64,000 nucleotides of DNA from Campylobacteraceae bacterium (GTDB lineage Bacteria > Campylobacterota > Campylobacteria > Campylobacterales > JALSKU01), in NCBI GenBank assembly GCA_026993075.1, contig JALWUQ010000034.1:275-64274 (forward strand), in the 5' to 3' direction. The first letter of the stretch is position 1, and every line of letters starts with the position of its first letter. The notes under the pieces were generated by a model, which saw only the letters and a list, made by a program, of their open reading frames with translations, made no database searches and was not told the origin of the DNA. This document shows positions 40,179 to 50,183 of this stretch, piece after piece. Position numbers and translations under genes: made by a program.

Positions 40179-40943
40179 TTAACTGACCTTATGCACAGTT
40201 TTTATATCTTGCACTTCTGCTTCTTTAAATCCGTTTTGTGATTGTACAGTAAAAAAACTTTTATCACACGCAAAAGATGGCAAATTTATATAAATTATGT
40301 CAAGATATTTGATTTTTTTATTTTGATGGAAATGCCCCTCCACAATATAGTCAATATTTTTTATATTTAATTTATTTATTCTTTTATATATTAGATTACT
40401 AAAATTTTTTATTTCAGCACATATTATCTTTTCTTTTTGAGTGTTTATAATTTTTTTTGAAATATAATTATTTATCAAGCTGTCCGTAAGATTTAGTAAA
40501 AATAAAGCCGTATTGCTCCTTATAATTTTAGTATATATTTTATAGGACAAAGAAGTTAATACATCTCCATGAGAAAGTAAAACTTTTTTTCCTTGAAATT
40601 TAAAAACTGCCGGCTGTTGCTCAAATGAGAAAACCTTTATATTTGGAAAAATATAAGTAAGATTAAAGTCGTGATTGCCTTCAAAATAAAATATCTTTTT
40701 TTTTAGAGATATTTTATTGATTAAATCAATATATTTTTTATTATAATTTATAGTAAATTTAATTCCTCCAACTAATAAATCAAAGATATCCCCCATAAAA
40801 AAGATTTGATTCACCTTAACTCTATCTTTTTCAATCAAGTCCAAAAAAGCATACAATTCATCCCTATTTTTATTTACATGAGAATCTGCTATAAACAGTG
40901 CTTTATCTTCTATATTTAATACTTCCAGCTTTTCATAGTTCAC
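40179..40943 (-). CDS. lpxH: LpxH-like UDP-2,3-diacylglucosamine pyrophosphatase (calcineurin-like phosphoesterase)
   Basis: 254 aa. Motifs FIADSH, MGDIFD, GNHDF, SHGD, EGHFH are spaced as in LpxH. Confidence 0.6.
   Translation of the reverse strand: MNYEKLEVLNIEDKALFIADSHVNKNRDELYAFLDLIEKDRVKVNQIFFMGDIFDLLVGGIKFTINYNKKYIDLINKISLKKKIFYFEGNHDFNLTYIFPNIKVFSFEQQPAVFKFQGKKVLLSHGDVLTSLSYKIYTKIIRSNTALFLLNLTDSLINNYISKKIINTQKEKIICAEIKNFSNLIYKRINKLNIKNIDYIVEGHFHQNKKIKYLDIIYINLPSFACDKSFFTVQSQNGFKEAEVQDIKTVHKVS
40182..40195. repeat. solo terminal repeat of the ACTGACCTTAYGCA family
   Basis: ACTGACCTTATGCA matches 16121-16134 and 49187-49200 at 13/14. The flank ACTGACCTTATGCACAGTTTTT matches the 16121 copy at about 19/21. 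It encodes the last residues (..HKVS) of the lpxH-like ORF, and the TAA stop (40179-40181) directly abuts it. Confidence 0.55.
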
Positions 40944-40960
40944 AGTTTAAAACTCGCTAT

Positions 40961-41971
40961 CTAAGGTACATAAGCGATAGTAGGAATTCCCAAATCTTCT
41001 TGAAATCCGAAAATAATATTGGCATTTACGACTGCTGCGGAAGATGAACCTTTTAATATATTGTCAATTGCGGAATTTATATAAAGTTTTTTACCGACTC
41101 TTTTTGCAAAAATATCACAAAAGTTAGTTCCTGAAACCGACTTGATATCCACTGGAAAATCATAAATCCTTATAAACTTTTCATTTTTATAAAACTCTTT
41201 TAGATAAGAAAGAGGGTCTATCTCTTCTTTTAAAAGCATATAACTATCACACATCTCACCTCTAGTAGTCGGCAAAAGATGTGGAATAAAATTAATATCA
41301 AAATCACTTCCTGAGAAAATCTTCATCTTTTCTTTAATTTCCGGTTCATGCCTGTGAGAAAGAGGATTATAAGCAAAAATATTTTCATTGATTGATACAA
41401 AGTGGGTTTTATCACTACATTTTTTTCCTGCCCCACTCACCCCGCTTTTAGCATCTATAAAAATCGGATAATTCTCATCTATATATTTACAAAACGGCAA
41501 TATACCTAAAAGTGATGCCGTCGGATAACAGCCCGGATTTGCTACCAAATTTGCATCTTTTATCTTCTCTCTAAAAAATTCCGGCATACCATAAACCGCA
41601 TTTTTAAGATTTTCTTTATCTTCATGTTTACAATAATATCTCTCATAAGTATCAAGCTCCAACCTATAATCAGCTGAAAGATCAACCACCTTCACACCAA
41701 GACTCAATAACTCTTTTGCAAAACCCATAGCAGTTTTATGAGGTAAAGCCAAAAATGCCAACTTTGCCTTTTTAGCCACTTCTTTGGCATCAGCTTTTGA
41801 AATATCTATATCAAATACACCTTTTAAAGAGGGATGGAGCTTTTCCAAGATGGTACCTCCCTCACTATTTGCAATATAAGTCAAATCAAATTTCGGATGA
41901 GCTATAAGTATCTTTATAAGTTCAAGTCCTGTAAAACCGCTAGCTCCAATAACCGCTACATTTATATTCAT
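40961..41971 (-). CDS. argC: N-acetyl-gamma-glutamyl-phosphate reductase
   Basis: 336 aa. The N-terminal VAVIGASGFTGLEL motif and the active-site motif PGCYPT are present. Confidence 0.88.
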   Translation of the reverse strand: MNINVAVIGASGFTGLELIKILIAHPKFDLTYIANSEGGTILEKLHPSLKGVFDIDISKADAKEVAKKAKLAFLALPHKTAMGFAKELLSLGVKVVDLSADYRLELDTYERYYCKHEDKENLKNAVYGMPEFFREKIKDANLVANPGCYPTASLLGILPFCKYIDENYPIFIDAKSGVSGAGKKCSDKTHFVSINENIFAYNPLSHRHEPEIKEKMKIFSGSDFDINFIPHLLPTTRGEMCDSYMLLKEEIDPLSYLKEFYKNEKFIRIYDFPVDIKSVSGTNFCDIFAKRVGKKLYINSAIDNILKGSSSAAVVNANIIFGFQEDLGIPTIAYVP

Positions 41972-41983
41972 ATATTTGCTCTC

Positions 41984-42457
41984 CTATTTATACTCTATAC
42001 TTATGATTTCAAACTCTTGAATACCAGAGGGCAACCTTATCTCAACTTCATCACCACCTTGTTTTCCCAAAAGTTGTTTGGCTAATGGAGAATTATAAGA
42101 TATAAGTCCATTTTCCGGAGAACTCTCATATCCTCCGACTATCTTATAAGTTACTATTTTTTCTGTATCCAAATCTTCCAAAGTTACAGTTGTACCAAAT
42201 TTAACTCTATCATGTTCATAGCTTGAGGGATCTACGACTTGCGTATTTGAGAGGTAGCTACTAAGTTCAGCTATTCTTGCCTCTATAAAAGAGAGTCTTT
42301 CTCGAGCCGCGTGATACTCAGCATTTTCTTTTAAATCCCCATGACTTCTTGCAATATCTATCTCTATAACAGTTTCCGGCCTTTGGACTTTTTTTAAATC
42401 ATTGATTTCATTCAGTAATTTATCATATCCCTCTTGGCTAATAGGTTCTTTTTGCAT
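41984..42457 (-). CDS. greA: transcription elongation factor GreA
   Basis: 157 aa. An N-terminal coiled coil (..HGDLKENAEYHAA..) is followed by the C-terminal GreA/B domain. Confidence 0.9.
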   Translation of the reverse strand: MQKEPISQEGYDKLLNEINDLKKVQRPETVIEIDIARSHGDLKENAEYHAARERLSFIEARIAELSSYLSNTQVVDPSSYEHDRVKFGTTVTLEDLDTEKIVTYKIVGGYESSPENGLISYNSPLAKQLLGKQGGDEVEIRLPSGIQEFEIISIEYK

Positions 42458-42501
42458 TTATACACTCCATTGTTAAAATTGATATTATATCATACTATAG
42501 T

Positions 42502-43533
42502 TTAACCATTCAACAATCTAACAACTTCTAAAGCACTTCCATGTTTTAAGATTTTCTTTAATTTTTTTGATTGCATGAAAAATTCTTCTTTATTACAACT
42601 TTTATATATTTTCAATAAATTAACTTCAGTTGCTTCATCTTGGATAAACTCTTTATGCAGAGAATTAAGTCCTTCAAAATTAAGTATAATATTTGCCAAA
42701 CCTACATATTTTAGTTTTACAAATCTTTTTGCTATTAAATAATCTATTTTTTTAGCTTTATAAACAAGGACAAACGGCACCCCAACAATAGCTGCCTCAA
42801 GCGTTGCTGTACCGGAACAGATAAAAGCAAAATCGCTTTCATTCAAAGCTTGTATAGTATCTCTTTTAACAGTAAAATTACTAATATCTCCATATAACTC
42901 TTTTATCTCTTCATTGGAAAAATATTTTGGAATAACAAGGAATTTTTTACCTTTTATCTCTTTTGCAACTTTTTTATAAATACTAATTAACGGCTTTATC
43001 TCACTTTTTCTAGATCCTGGCAAAAATGCTGTTATCCCATAGTTTGTAACTTTTGATTTATAAGTTTTGATTTCATCAAGAAGAGGATTGCCTACATATA
43101 TGCTTTTATGATAAAATTTATTTTCAAATGGAAAAATTGATGCTAACTTATCACAATATTTTTCAACTTTGGCAACTCTTTTTTCTTTCCATGCCCAGAC
43201 TTTTGGCAATATATAATAAATAATCTCAATACTTGGATTTATCTTTTTTATAGCTTTTGCTAACGGCAGGTTAAATGCAGGTGAATCAATAAGCAATACT
43301 TTATCACATTTTAAACTAAGTTTACTCATTTGAGTGATAGCTTTTTTCGCTTTTTTTATTTTTAAAAATACATCAAAAAATCCCATTATAGAAAAATCAG
43401 ATGACGGATAAAGCGGTTTTCCAAATTTTTCATCAAATACACCTTTTATCTCATAATCACCAATAAGCTTAAGTACAGGCTCTAAATGTAAATTTGCCGA
43501 TGGCTCCAATGCCGAAACTAAAATCTTTTTCAT
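42502..43533 (-). CDS. lpxB: lipid-A-disaccharide synthase
   Basis: The protein reads MKKILVSALEPSANLHLEP.. from the ATG at 43533. The ORF-track start at 43617 would add 28 hydrophobic residues and overlap surE. Confidence 0.85.
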   Translation of the reverse strand: MKKILVSALEPSANLHLEPVLKLIGDYEIKGVFDEKFGKPLYPSSDFSIMGFFDVFLKIKKAKKAITQMSKLSLKCDKVLLIDSPAFNLPLAKAIKKINPSIEIIYYILPKVWAWKEKRVAKVEKYCDKLASIFPFENKFYHKSIYVGNPLLDEIKTYKSKVTNYGITAFLPGSRKSEIKPLISIYKKVAKEIKGKKFLVIPKYFSNEEIKELYGDISNFTVKRDTIQALNESDFAFICSGTATLEAAIVGVPFVLVYKAKKIDYLIAKRFVKLKYVGLANIILNFEGLNSLHKEFIQDEATEVNLLKIYKSCNKEEFFMQSKKLKKILKHGSALEVVRLLNG

Positions 43534-43592
43534 AGTATAATCATACCAACTTTTTGCTATAATTGCTATAATCTTTGATAATAAGGTAAAAA

Positions 43593-44390
43593 TTGAAAAA
43601 AAATATTTTAATAACAAATGATGACGGATTTGAAAGTGAAGGACTTATAGAACTTGTTAGAGCTATCAGAGAAATTGATAATGTAATAGTCACAGTGGTA
43701 GCGCCTACTACAGAAAAATCAGCATGTGGACACTCTTTGACTTTGACTAAGCCTCTTAGATTTGTACAGATTGATGATAATTTCTTTAAATTAGATGACG
43801 GGACACCTAGTGATTGCATTTATCTCTCAACTCATGCTCTTTTTGAGCAAAAGCCAGACCTTGTTATCAGTGGTATCAACAAAGGCTCCAATATGGGCGA
43901 AGATATAACTTACAGTGGAACAGCAAGTGCTGCTATGGAGGCAGTCTTACAGGGAATTCCGGCTTTTTCAATCTCACAGGTTTGCAAAGATCACTATAAA
44001 AGTTTGGAAATTCACGGATATAAATTGGCTTGCGAAGTGGCAAAAGATATGACTATGAAATATCTAAATCATGAGATAATACTTGATGAAAGAAAATTTT
44101 TAAATATTAATATACCGCCTATAAAAAAAGAAAGCTCAAAAGGATACAAGATAACTGAAGCAGGGGTGAGGCTATATGGAAACGATGCTCATCTTCACAG
44201 AAATCCAAGAGGAGAAGAGTATTATTGGATAGGTATCCATCCTTTACAATGGAAGAAAAGAAATGAAAATATAATGTGTGATTTGGATGCAATTGAGCAT
44301 GATTATATATCGATCACGCCAATTAAGCTAAATTTAACTTCTTATGATGAAATGGTATCCTTAAAAAAACTTGAAAAAGAAAAATTTTGA
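43593..44390 (+). CDS. surE: 5'/3'-nucleotidase SurE
   Basis: 265 aa, TTG start. ILITNDDG..GINKGSN.. motifs. Confidence 0.88.
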   Translation: MKKNILITNDDGFESEGLIELVRAIREIDNVIVTVVAPTTEKSACGHSLTLTKPLRFVQIDDNFFKLDDGTPSDCIYLSTHALFEQKPDLVISGINKGSNMGEDITYSGTASAAMEAVLQGIPAFSISQVCKDHYKSLEIHGYKLACEVAKDMTMKYLNHEIILDERKFLNINIPPIKKESSKGYKITEAGVRLYGNDAHLHRNPRGEEYYWIGIHPLQWKKRNENIMCDLDAIEHDYISITPIKLNLTSYDEMVSLKKLEKEKF

Positions 44391-45025
44391 GATTTCAAAG
44401 GTGCAAACTACTGTTTGGGGATAATTTTAATAAAATTAAAAATGCAAAAATTATTCTCTTTGGAGTTGGTGGAGTTGGTAGCTTTTGTTTGGATGCACTT
44501 TATAGAACAGGAGTAAAGGATATAACCATAGTTGACTTTGATAAGTATGAAATAACAAATCAAAATAGACAAATAGGCAGCGAAGCAATAGGTAAAAACA
44601 AGTCAGAGGTTTTAAGCACACTTTATCCTGGCATCTCATATATCACGCATAGAGTTACAAAAGATTGGATAAATAACTTCAACTTTAATTCATATAATTT
44701 AGTAATAGATGCGATAGATGATATACCTGCAAAAGTTGCATTGGCTCTAAAAACTTATACTAAACTTATAAGCTCATGTGGGGGAGCAAAAAGGATTGAT
44801 TCTACACTTATCGATATAAACGATATATGGAAAACAACAAATGATCCTTTTGCTAAAAAATTTCGATATGAACTTAAAAAATCAGGCTTTAAATATAACT
44901 TTGATGTAGTTTATTCCAAAGAGCTTCCTAAAGATATAAAAGACTTGGGAAGTTTTGTAGGAGTAACAGGAACTTTAGGTTTAACTCTTGCCTCACTGGC
45001 TATAAAAAAGCTCACTATTTTTTAA
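44387..45025 (+). CDS. tcdA: ThiF/MoeB-family protein, TcdA (tRNA ct6A37 dehydratase)-like
   Basis: 212 aa, TTG start. GVGGVGS nucleotide loop, VDFD...NQNRQ, no rhodanese or ubiquitin-like partner. The size and pattern are like TcdA/CsdL. Confidence 0.6.
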   Translation: MRFQRCKLLFGDNFNKIKNAKIILFGVGGVGSFCLDALYRTGVKDITIVDFDKYEITNQNRQIGSEAIGKNKSEVLSTLYPGISYITHRVTKDWINNFNFNSYNLVIDAIDDIPAKVALALKTYTKLISSCGGAKRIDSTLIDINDIWKTTNDPFAKKFRYELKKSGFKYNFDVVYSKELPKDIKDLGSFVGVTGTLGLTLASLAIKKLTIF

Positions 45026-45445
45026 TCTTATAACTTTATTTATATCCTTTCTATAGATATATGTATTTCTTCTCCCTTTATAAAGCAAATCACCTTTAAA
45101 GTTTATACTGCCGACTCTAAAAGAGATATTATCTTTTCTAAACATAAATTGAGCAATACTATGACCAATAGGTTTATAAAAAGTCAATAAAGATAAAAAT
45201 ACTAATATGATATAAAAAACCGTAAAAATTTTGCTACTACTTTTTTTCAAGATAAAATATCCGAAAATAATGGACAGTATACATAGAAGTATATAACTTT
45301 GATGATCTACAAACAAAACATTATAATACTCTTTAATATGATAAAAATCTATATAATTTATTTTTATACCGATAAAAATTAGAAAATCAAGTAGTAAAAC
45401 TAAAATCAAACCAAGAAGAGATGAACCGATGAATTTACTAATCAT
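44993..45445 (-). CDS. hypothetical membrane protein (3 TM + basic C-terminal domain)
   Basis: 150 aa. Its start overlaps the TsaC-like gene's stop by 4 nt, and its 3' end overlaps tcdA convergently by 33 nt. No recognisable motif. Confidence 0.5.
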   Translation of the reverse strand: MISKFIGSSLLGLILVLLLDFLIFIGIKINYIDFYHIKEYYNVLFVDHQSYILLCILSIIFGYFILKKSSSKIFTVFYIILVFLSLLTFYKPIGHSIAQFMFRKDNISFRVGSINFKGDLLYKGRRNTYIYRKDINKVIRLKNSELFYSQ

Positions 45446-45891
45446 CTTTTCCTCCTTATATACTCTTTATTAAGAGCGTATAATGCCGAAGAGGTTTTAT
45501 CCAAAAAACCAAACTGATTAAAAACTATTATATCAACTTTATCTTTAATATAATTAAAATCAAAATTTTCTCCACTTTTGTTGGCAGAAGTTGAGTAAAA
45601 CCATCCAAATTTTTGTAAAAATTTCTGATGTGAGATATTTTGAACAACTCTTATGGCTTTTTTGTTTGGATAAATGAAAGTAGTTTTCTTCTTTCGTCTG
45701 ATAAATTTTTTAAACTTTACCGGTACTCTTGTTTCATCTTTTAAAGTTTTAAAAGATGAAACACTTTTTAAGAATGGTTTCTTTTTATCTCTTTGTTTTA
45801 TCTTTGAAAGTCTGTGGGTGTCTTTGGATAAAAGCCCAATAGTTGTATCAGTTTGAACTAAAAAAACAAGGTGAAAAAAGGATTTCTTCAC
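45442..45891 (-). CDS. short Sua5/YrdC/TsaC-family protein
   Basis: 149 aa. [10 protein letters not shown]-x-R..KKPF and STSANKSGE resemble YrdC-fold motifs. It overlaps the carB stop by 4 nt. Confidence 0.55.
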   Translation of the reverse strand: MKKSFFHLVFLVQTDTTIGLLSKDTHRLSKIKQRDKKKPFLKSVSSFKTLKDETRVPVKFKKFIRRKKKTTFIYPNKKAIRVVQNISHQKFLQKFGWFYSTSANKSGENFDFNYIKDKVDIIVFNQFGFLDKTSSALYALNKEYIRRKR

Positions 45892-48800
45892 CCTAAATAA
45901 TCCTGTAATGCTTTCGGAATGAAGATATTATCATTGCTATTTAACTCTTTTATGGATTCTATAGCTACTTTTGCAGCTGCTATAGTCGTAAAATATGGAA
46001 TATTTAATTTTATAACTGTTCTTCTTATATCTTTTGCATCACTTTTACTTGATTTACTGTCACTTGTATTTACAACAAGAGCAATTTCATTATTTTTCAT
46101 ACTATCTTGGATATTAGGTCTTCCTTCACTAATCTTATATACAAATTCTGCTTCTACTTTTTTATCATTGAGTGCTTTATGAGTTCCGCTTGTTGCTACA
46201 ATATTAAAACCAAGATTTATAAAACCATGACCTAAAACACTGGCAAATTCTTTGTCAATATCACTTAAGGATATAAATACTGTTCCTTTTTTTGGTAAAA
46301 TATTGCCAGAAGCAAACTGCCCTTTTGCGAAAGATATGGCAAAATTACTACTTATTCCCATAACTTCTCCAGTTGATTTCATCTCAGGTCCCAAGATAAG
46401 ATCCGCTCCCGTTAGCTTATTAAATGGAAAAACAGCCTCTTTGACACTTATATGATTTTTAATATGGGGTTTGTATATACCATTGTCTTGGTAAACAATA
46501 GAGTTTTTATCATAAAATTTGATAGCTTTTTTCAAGTCTCCCTCAAACATAACCATTGTTGCAACCTTTGCTAAAGGGATACCGGTTGCTTTACTTACAA
46601 AAGGAACGGTTCTGCTGGCTCTTGGATTGACCTCTAAGATATAAACTTCATTTTTATGCACTGCAAATTGAATATTTAAAAGCCCTATGACTCCTAAATT
46701 GAGAGCTATTTTTTTAGTTTGGACTTCAACTTCTTTTAGTATCTTTTTGCTAAGTGAGACTGCCGGAAGAGAACAAGAACTATCGCCACTATGAATACCC
46801 GCTTCTTCAATATGTTGCATTATACCACCAAGATAAACGATTTTACCATCACTAATAGCATCTACATCTATTTCTATGGCTTTATCTAAAAACTTGTCAA
46901 TCAATACAGGTGAATCATTACTGACACTAACTGCTTCATTCATATATTCTTTAAGTTCATCTTCGCCGTAAACTATCCTCATAGCTCTTCCTCCAAGTAC
47001 ATAACTTGGTCTAACGAGTACTGGGTATCCTATCTTTTTCGCTTCATTTAATGCTTCTTCTTTTGTTGTTGCAGTTGCATTATTTGGTTGTAATAGAGAA
47101 TTTTCAGCAGCAAAAAGTGAAAATTTTTCTCTATCTTCAGCCACATCAATAACCTTTGCACTAGTTCCTATGATATTAGCCCCTATTGCTGTTAATTTTT
47201 TAGCCAACTTCAAAGGTGTCTGCCCGCCAAAGTGTACTATTATCCCGTCTGGCTGCTCTTTCTCTACAACAGCTCTGACTCTTTCAAAATTTATAGGTTC
47301 AAAATAAAGTATATCACTAGTATCATAATCAGTAGATACTGTTTCAGGATTGCAATTATACATTATAGTTTGTACGCCCATATCTTTCAGTGCATAAGCA
47401 GCATGAACACAACAATAATCAAATTCAATCCCCTGTCCAATCCTGTTCGGTCCTCCTCCAAGAATTAAAACTTTTGGCTTTAAAGATTCTTTTAGTTTGA
47501 GGATAGAAGGTTGATATGATGATACTGGTGTAGTTGAATAAAGATATGGAGTCAATGCTTCAAACTCAGCCGCACAGGTGTCAACTTCATTATATATTAA
47601 AACTATACCTAGCTTGACTCTGGCATTTCTAACATCATTTTCACTTATTCCCAAATCATCTTTTAAATTTATCAATTTTGCTATAATTTTATCACTAAAA
47701 CCATCGCTTTTTGCTTTTCTTAAAAGTTTTGGGTTATTTAAAATATCCATATCAATTTTTGTTTCAAAAGAAACAATCTCTTCTATTTGGTATAAAAACC
47801 ATTTATCTATCTTGCAAAGCTCATACACTTCTTCGACACTTAATCCTTCCCTAAATGCTTGAGCTACATATAGTATTCTATCTTCATTTGCTCTTCTAAT
47901 TTCTTTTTTTAAATAATCTATCTTTAAATTTGGTATTATTTCAAAACCATTAAGTCCCGTCTCAAGTGAGCAGAGTGCTTTTTGAATAGACTCTTTAAAT
48001 GTAACACCTATCGCCATAGCCTCGCCGACACTCTTCATAGAGGTACCCAAAGTTGAGTTAGCCAATGGAAATTTCTCAAAAGTAAATCTTGGAACTTTTG
48101 TAACAATATAATCAATAGTAGGCTCAAAACTTGCGGTTGTTCCTATGATATCATTTTTAATCTCATCCAAAGTGTATCCCACTGCAAGATAAGTTGCCAC
48201 TTTTGCTATAGGATAACCTGTTGCCTTTGAAGCTAAGGCTGAACTTCTACTGACTCTTGGATTCATTTCTATAACAGTCATCCTGCCATTTTTTGGGTTT
48301 ATGGCAAACTGCACATTGCTCCCACCGGTATCTACACCAATCTCTCTAAGTATTGAAAATGAAGCATCTCTCATGGCTTGATACTCTTTATCAGTTAGAG
48401 TAAGTGCCGGAGCTACTGTTATGCTATCTCCGGTATGAACACCCATAGGATCAAAGTTTTCAATAGAACAGACAATGATACAATTATCATTTCTATCTCT
48501 TATAACTTCCATCTCATACTCTTTCCATCCCAAAAGCGACTCTTCTATAAGGATTTCACTTATAGGGCTTTCTTCAAGACCATTTTGAGCAAGTGCCTTA
48601 TATTCATCGATATTGTATGCAACTCCACTTCCACCACCGGCTAATGTGTAAGAAGCTCTTATGATTAAAGGAAATCCTATCTCTTCAGCTGCAAGAATTG
48701 CATCTTCTATATTATATGCATATTTACTCTTTGGCAAATCCATTCCAATTTTTATCATAGACTCTTTAAAAGCTTGTCTGTCTTCTCCTTTTCTTATAGC

Positions 48801-49157
48801 CTCTGGATTTGCTCCCAAAAATTTAATCCCCTCAAGCATCCCTTTATCATACATGCTCATAGCAACATTAAGAGCAGTTTGCCCTCCCATGGTAGGTAGC
48901 AGAGCATCAACATTTTCCTGCTTTATAATTTTGGAAATCACTTCTTCATTTATAGGTTCTATGTATGTTTTATCTGCAAATTCAGGATCTGTCATTATTG
49001 TTGCCGGATTTGAGTTTATCAAAATTACCCTATAGCCCAACTCTTTTAATGTTTTTGTAGCCTGTGTTCCACTATAGTCAAATTCACATGATTGACCTAT
49101 AACAATAGGACCTGACCCTATTAAAAGTATTGTTCTTACATCTTCTCTTTTTGGCAT
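45888..49157 (-). CDS. carB: carbamoyl-phosphate synthase large subunit
   Basis: 1089 aa. It has duplicated ATP-grasp halves and a C-terminal MGS-like domain. Confidence 0.95.
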   Translation of the reverse strand: MPKREDVRTILLIGSGPIVIGQSCEFDYSGTQATKTLKELGYRVILINSNPATIMTDPEFADKTYIEPINEEVISKIIKQENVDALLPTMGGQTALNVAMSMYDKGMLEGIKFLGANPEAIRKGEDRQAFKESMIKIGMDLPKSKYAYNIEDAILAAEEIGFPLIIRASYTLAGGGSGVAYNIDEYKALAQNGLEESPISEILIEESLLGWKEYEMEVIRDRNDNCIIVCSIENFDPMGVHTGDSITVAPALTLTDKEYQAMRDASFSILREIGVDTGGSNVQFAINPKNGRMTVIEMNPRVSRSSALASKATGYPIAKVATYLAVGYTLDEIKNDIIGTTASFEPTIDYIVTKVPRFTFEKFPLANSTLGTSMKSVGEAMAIGVTFKESIQKALCSLETGLNGFEIIPNLKIDYLKKEIRRANEDRILYVAQAFREGLSVEEVYELCKIDKWFLYQIEEIVSFETKIDMDILNNPKLLRKAKSDGFSDKIIAKLINLKDDLGISENDVRNARVKLGIVLIYNEVDTCAAEFEALTPYLYSTTPVSSYQPSILKLKESLKPKVLILGGGPNRIGQGIEFDYCCVHAAYALKDMGVQTIMYNCNPETVSTDYDTSDILYFEPINFERVRAVVEKEQPDGIIVHFGGQTPLKLAKKLTAIGANIIGTSAKVIDVAEDREKFSLFAAENSLLQPNNATATTKEEALNEAKKIGYPVLVRPSYVLGGRAMRIVYGEDELKEYMNEAVSVSNDSPVLIDKFLDKAIEIDVDAISDGKIVYLGGIMQHIEEAGIHSGDSSCSLPAVSLSKKILKEVEVQTKKIALNLGVIGLLNIQFAVHKNEVYILEVNPRASRTVPFVSKATGIPLAKVATMVMFEGDLKKAIKFYDKNSIVYQDNGIYKPHIKNHISVKEAVFPFNKLTGADLILGPEMKSTGEVMGISSNFAISFAKGQFASGNILPKKGTVFISLSDIDKEFASVLGHGFINLGFNIVATSGTHKALNDKKVEAEFVYKISEGRPNIQDSMKNNEIALVVNTSDSKSSKSDAKDIRRTVIKLNIPYFTTIAAAKVAIESIKELNSNDNIFIPKALQDYLG

Positions 49158-49181
49158 TTTTTCTATCCTTTTATATCTTAG

Positions 49182-49450
49182 TTACAACTGACCTTACGCA
49201 TTAAACATATATCTGAGCAAAAAGAGAAAGTGTCATATGCGAGGCAGATTTTTAAAAGCTTAGCCAAAGCTAAGGTAAAAAAATCTAACGAAGTCAGATG
49301 ATACTTTATCTTTTTGCCCGAAGGGTGGTATAATTTGCTCACAATTGCGTCGTTAGTAAGATTTGAAGCTAATAGTAGCTCCTGCATCTTAGCACTTGAG
49401 AGCAAATTATACCACTCAGATATATGTTTAATGCGTAAGGTCAGTTATAA
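49182..49450. mobile_element. nested inverted-repeat (MITE/Correia-like) element, long form, ACTGACCTTACGCA family
   Basis: 49187-49217 and 49415-49445 are perfect 31-nt inverted repeats (36 nt with 1 mismatch over 49182-49450). An inner perfect 16-nt inverted repeat, GTGGTATAATTTGCTC (49325-49340 / 49400-49415), carries TGGTATAAT on each strand. Confidence 0.65.
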
Positions 49451-50183
49451 TATGGAAAAAACCTGGTACCGGTACTTTTGCATAAGGTTGCACCTCAGCA
49501 CTCAAATATGACTCTTCTTTTATAATTTTTGTAACTTTTCCAACCCTGACACCTTCAAAAAAAATATTATCAAGACCGCTTGTGTAAACTTCATCACCCA
49601 CTTTTAATTTCATCCAAGAAGGAATATATCTAATAATCATACTGTTTCTATTCCCAAAAATTACTCCCGGCAATTTATCTTTACCAATATAAACAGAAAA
49701 TATACACTTAGGATCTCCTTGCAATAACCCCATAGCTCTACCATTTTTGTTTATAACAATTCCAGCACTGTACCCTTTATATAAAAGACCAAAAATTTTA
49801 TCTTTTTTTAATCCTTTAAAGTTTAGCCAGACTCTATTGTAATTGGCAATATCAACATAGGATATTGCCATAGTTAAGCTTACTTCGGGATTATAAGTCA
49901 TACTTTTATCTTTTAATAAACTATTTAGTTTACTGGCAAATGCTGAAGAGAGCAGGGCTTGTGTTTTAAGGGTTGCCACCTCTTTTTTAAGTTTTACAAT
50001 GGTATTTTTTTGCCCTATATATTTATTTTTAATATTTTCAAAATCATTAATAATACTTACATAATATTCATTTATAGCCATACTCATACCAAGTATCGGC
50101 TTTTTTAAAATTCCATTATAATTATATTTTATTAGTATTAAAATAAGTATAATAAATAAATAAAAATATCTGTTTTTAATCAT
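49428..50183 (-). CDS. mreC: rod shape-determining protein MreC
   Basis: 251 aa. N-terminal TM segment, coiled coil, beta-barrel domains. It overlaps mreB by 8 nt. The last 5 codons and the stop lie inside the 31-nt repeat (8 codons if the extended repeat is counted). Confidence 0.85.
   Translation of the reverse strand: MIKNRYFYLFIILILILIKYNYNGILKKPILGMSMAINEYYVSIINDFENIKNKYIGQKNTIVKLKKEVATLKTQALLSSAFASKLNSLLKDKSMTYNPEVSLTMAISYVDIANYNRVWLNFKGLKKDKIFGLLYKGYSAGIVINKNGRAMGLLQGDPKCIFSVYIGKDKLPGVIFGNRNSMIIRYIPSWMKLKVGDEVYTSGLDNIFFEGVRVGKVTKIIKEESYLSAEVQPYAKVPVPGFFHIITDLTH

Noticed and set aside
43534-43617. Long N-terminal extensions offered by the ORF track for lpxB (43617). The same applies to ilvE (57950), hisC (27789), clpX (52458), serB (35331), moxR (16059) and the 61207 ORF.
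   Set aside because: Each has an internal ATG with a good Shine-Dalgarno sequence that gives the conserved family N-terminus. The extensions start at TTG/GTG or lack an RBS, and the lpxB extension would overlap surE.
49178-49511. Two mutually antisense ORFs (75 aa on the minus strand, 65 aa on the plus strand) inside the repeat element, considered as a type I toxin-antitoxin or small-protein pair.
   Set aside because: Both contain SDICLMRKVS only because each reads through one arm of the same inverted repeat. Neither has a credible RBS. The TTG start of the minus ORF lies 1 nt after the predicted -10 and so cannot be in the transcript. The inner ATG frame runs through the predicted terminator hairpin. 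A short peptide cannot be excluded, but nothing supports one.
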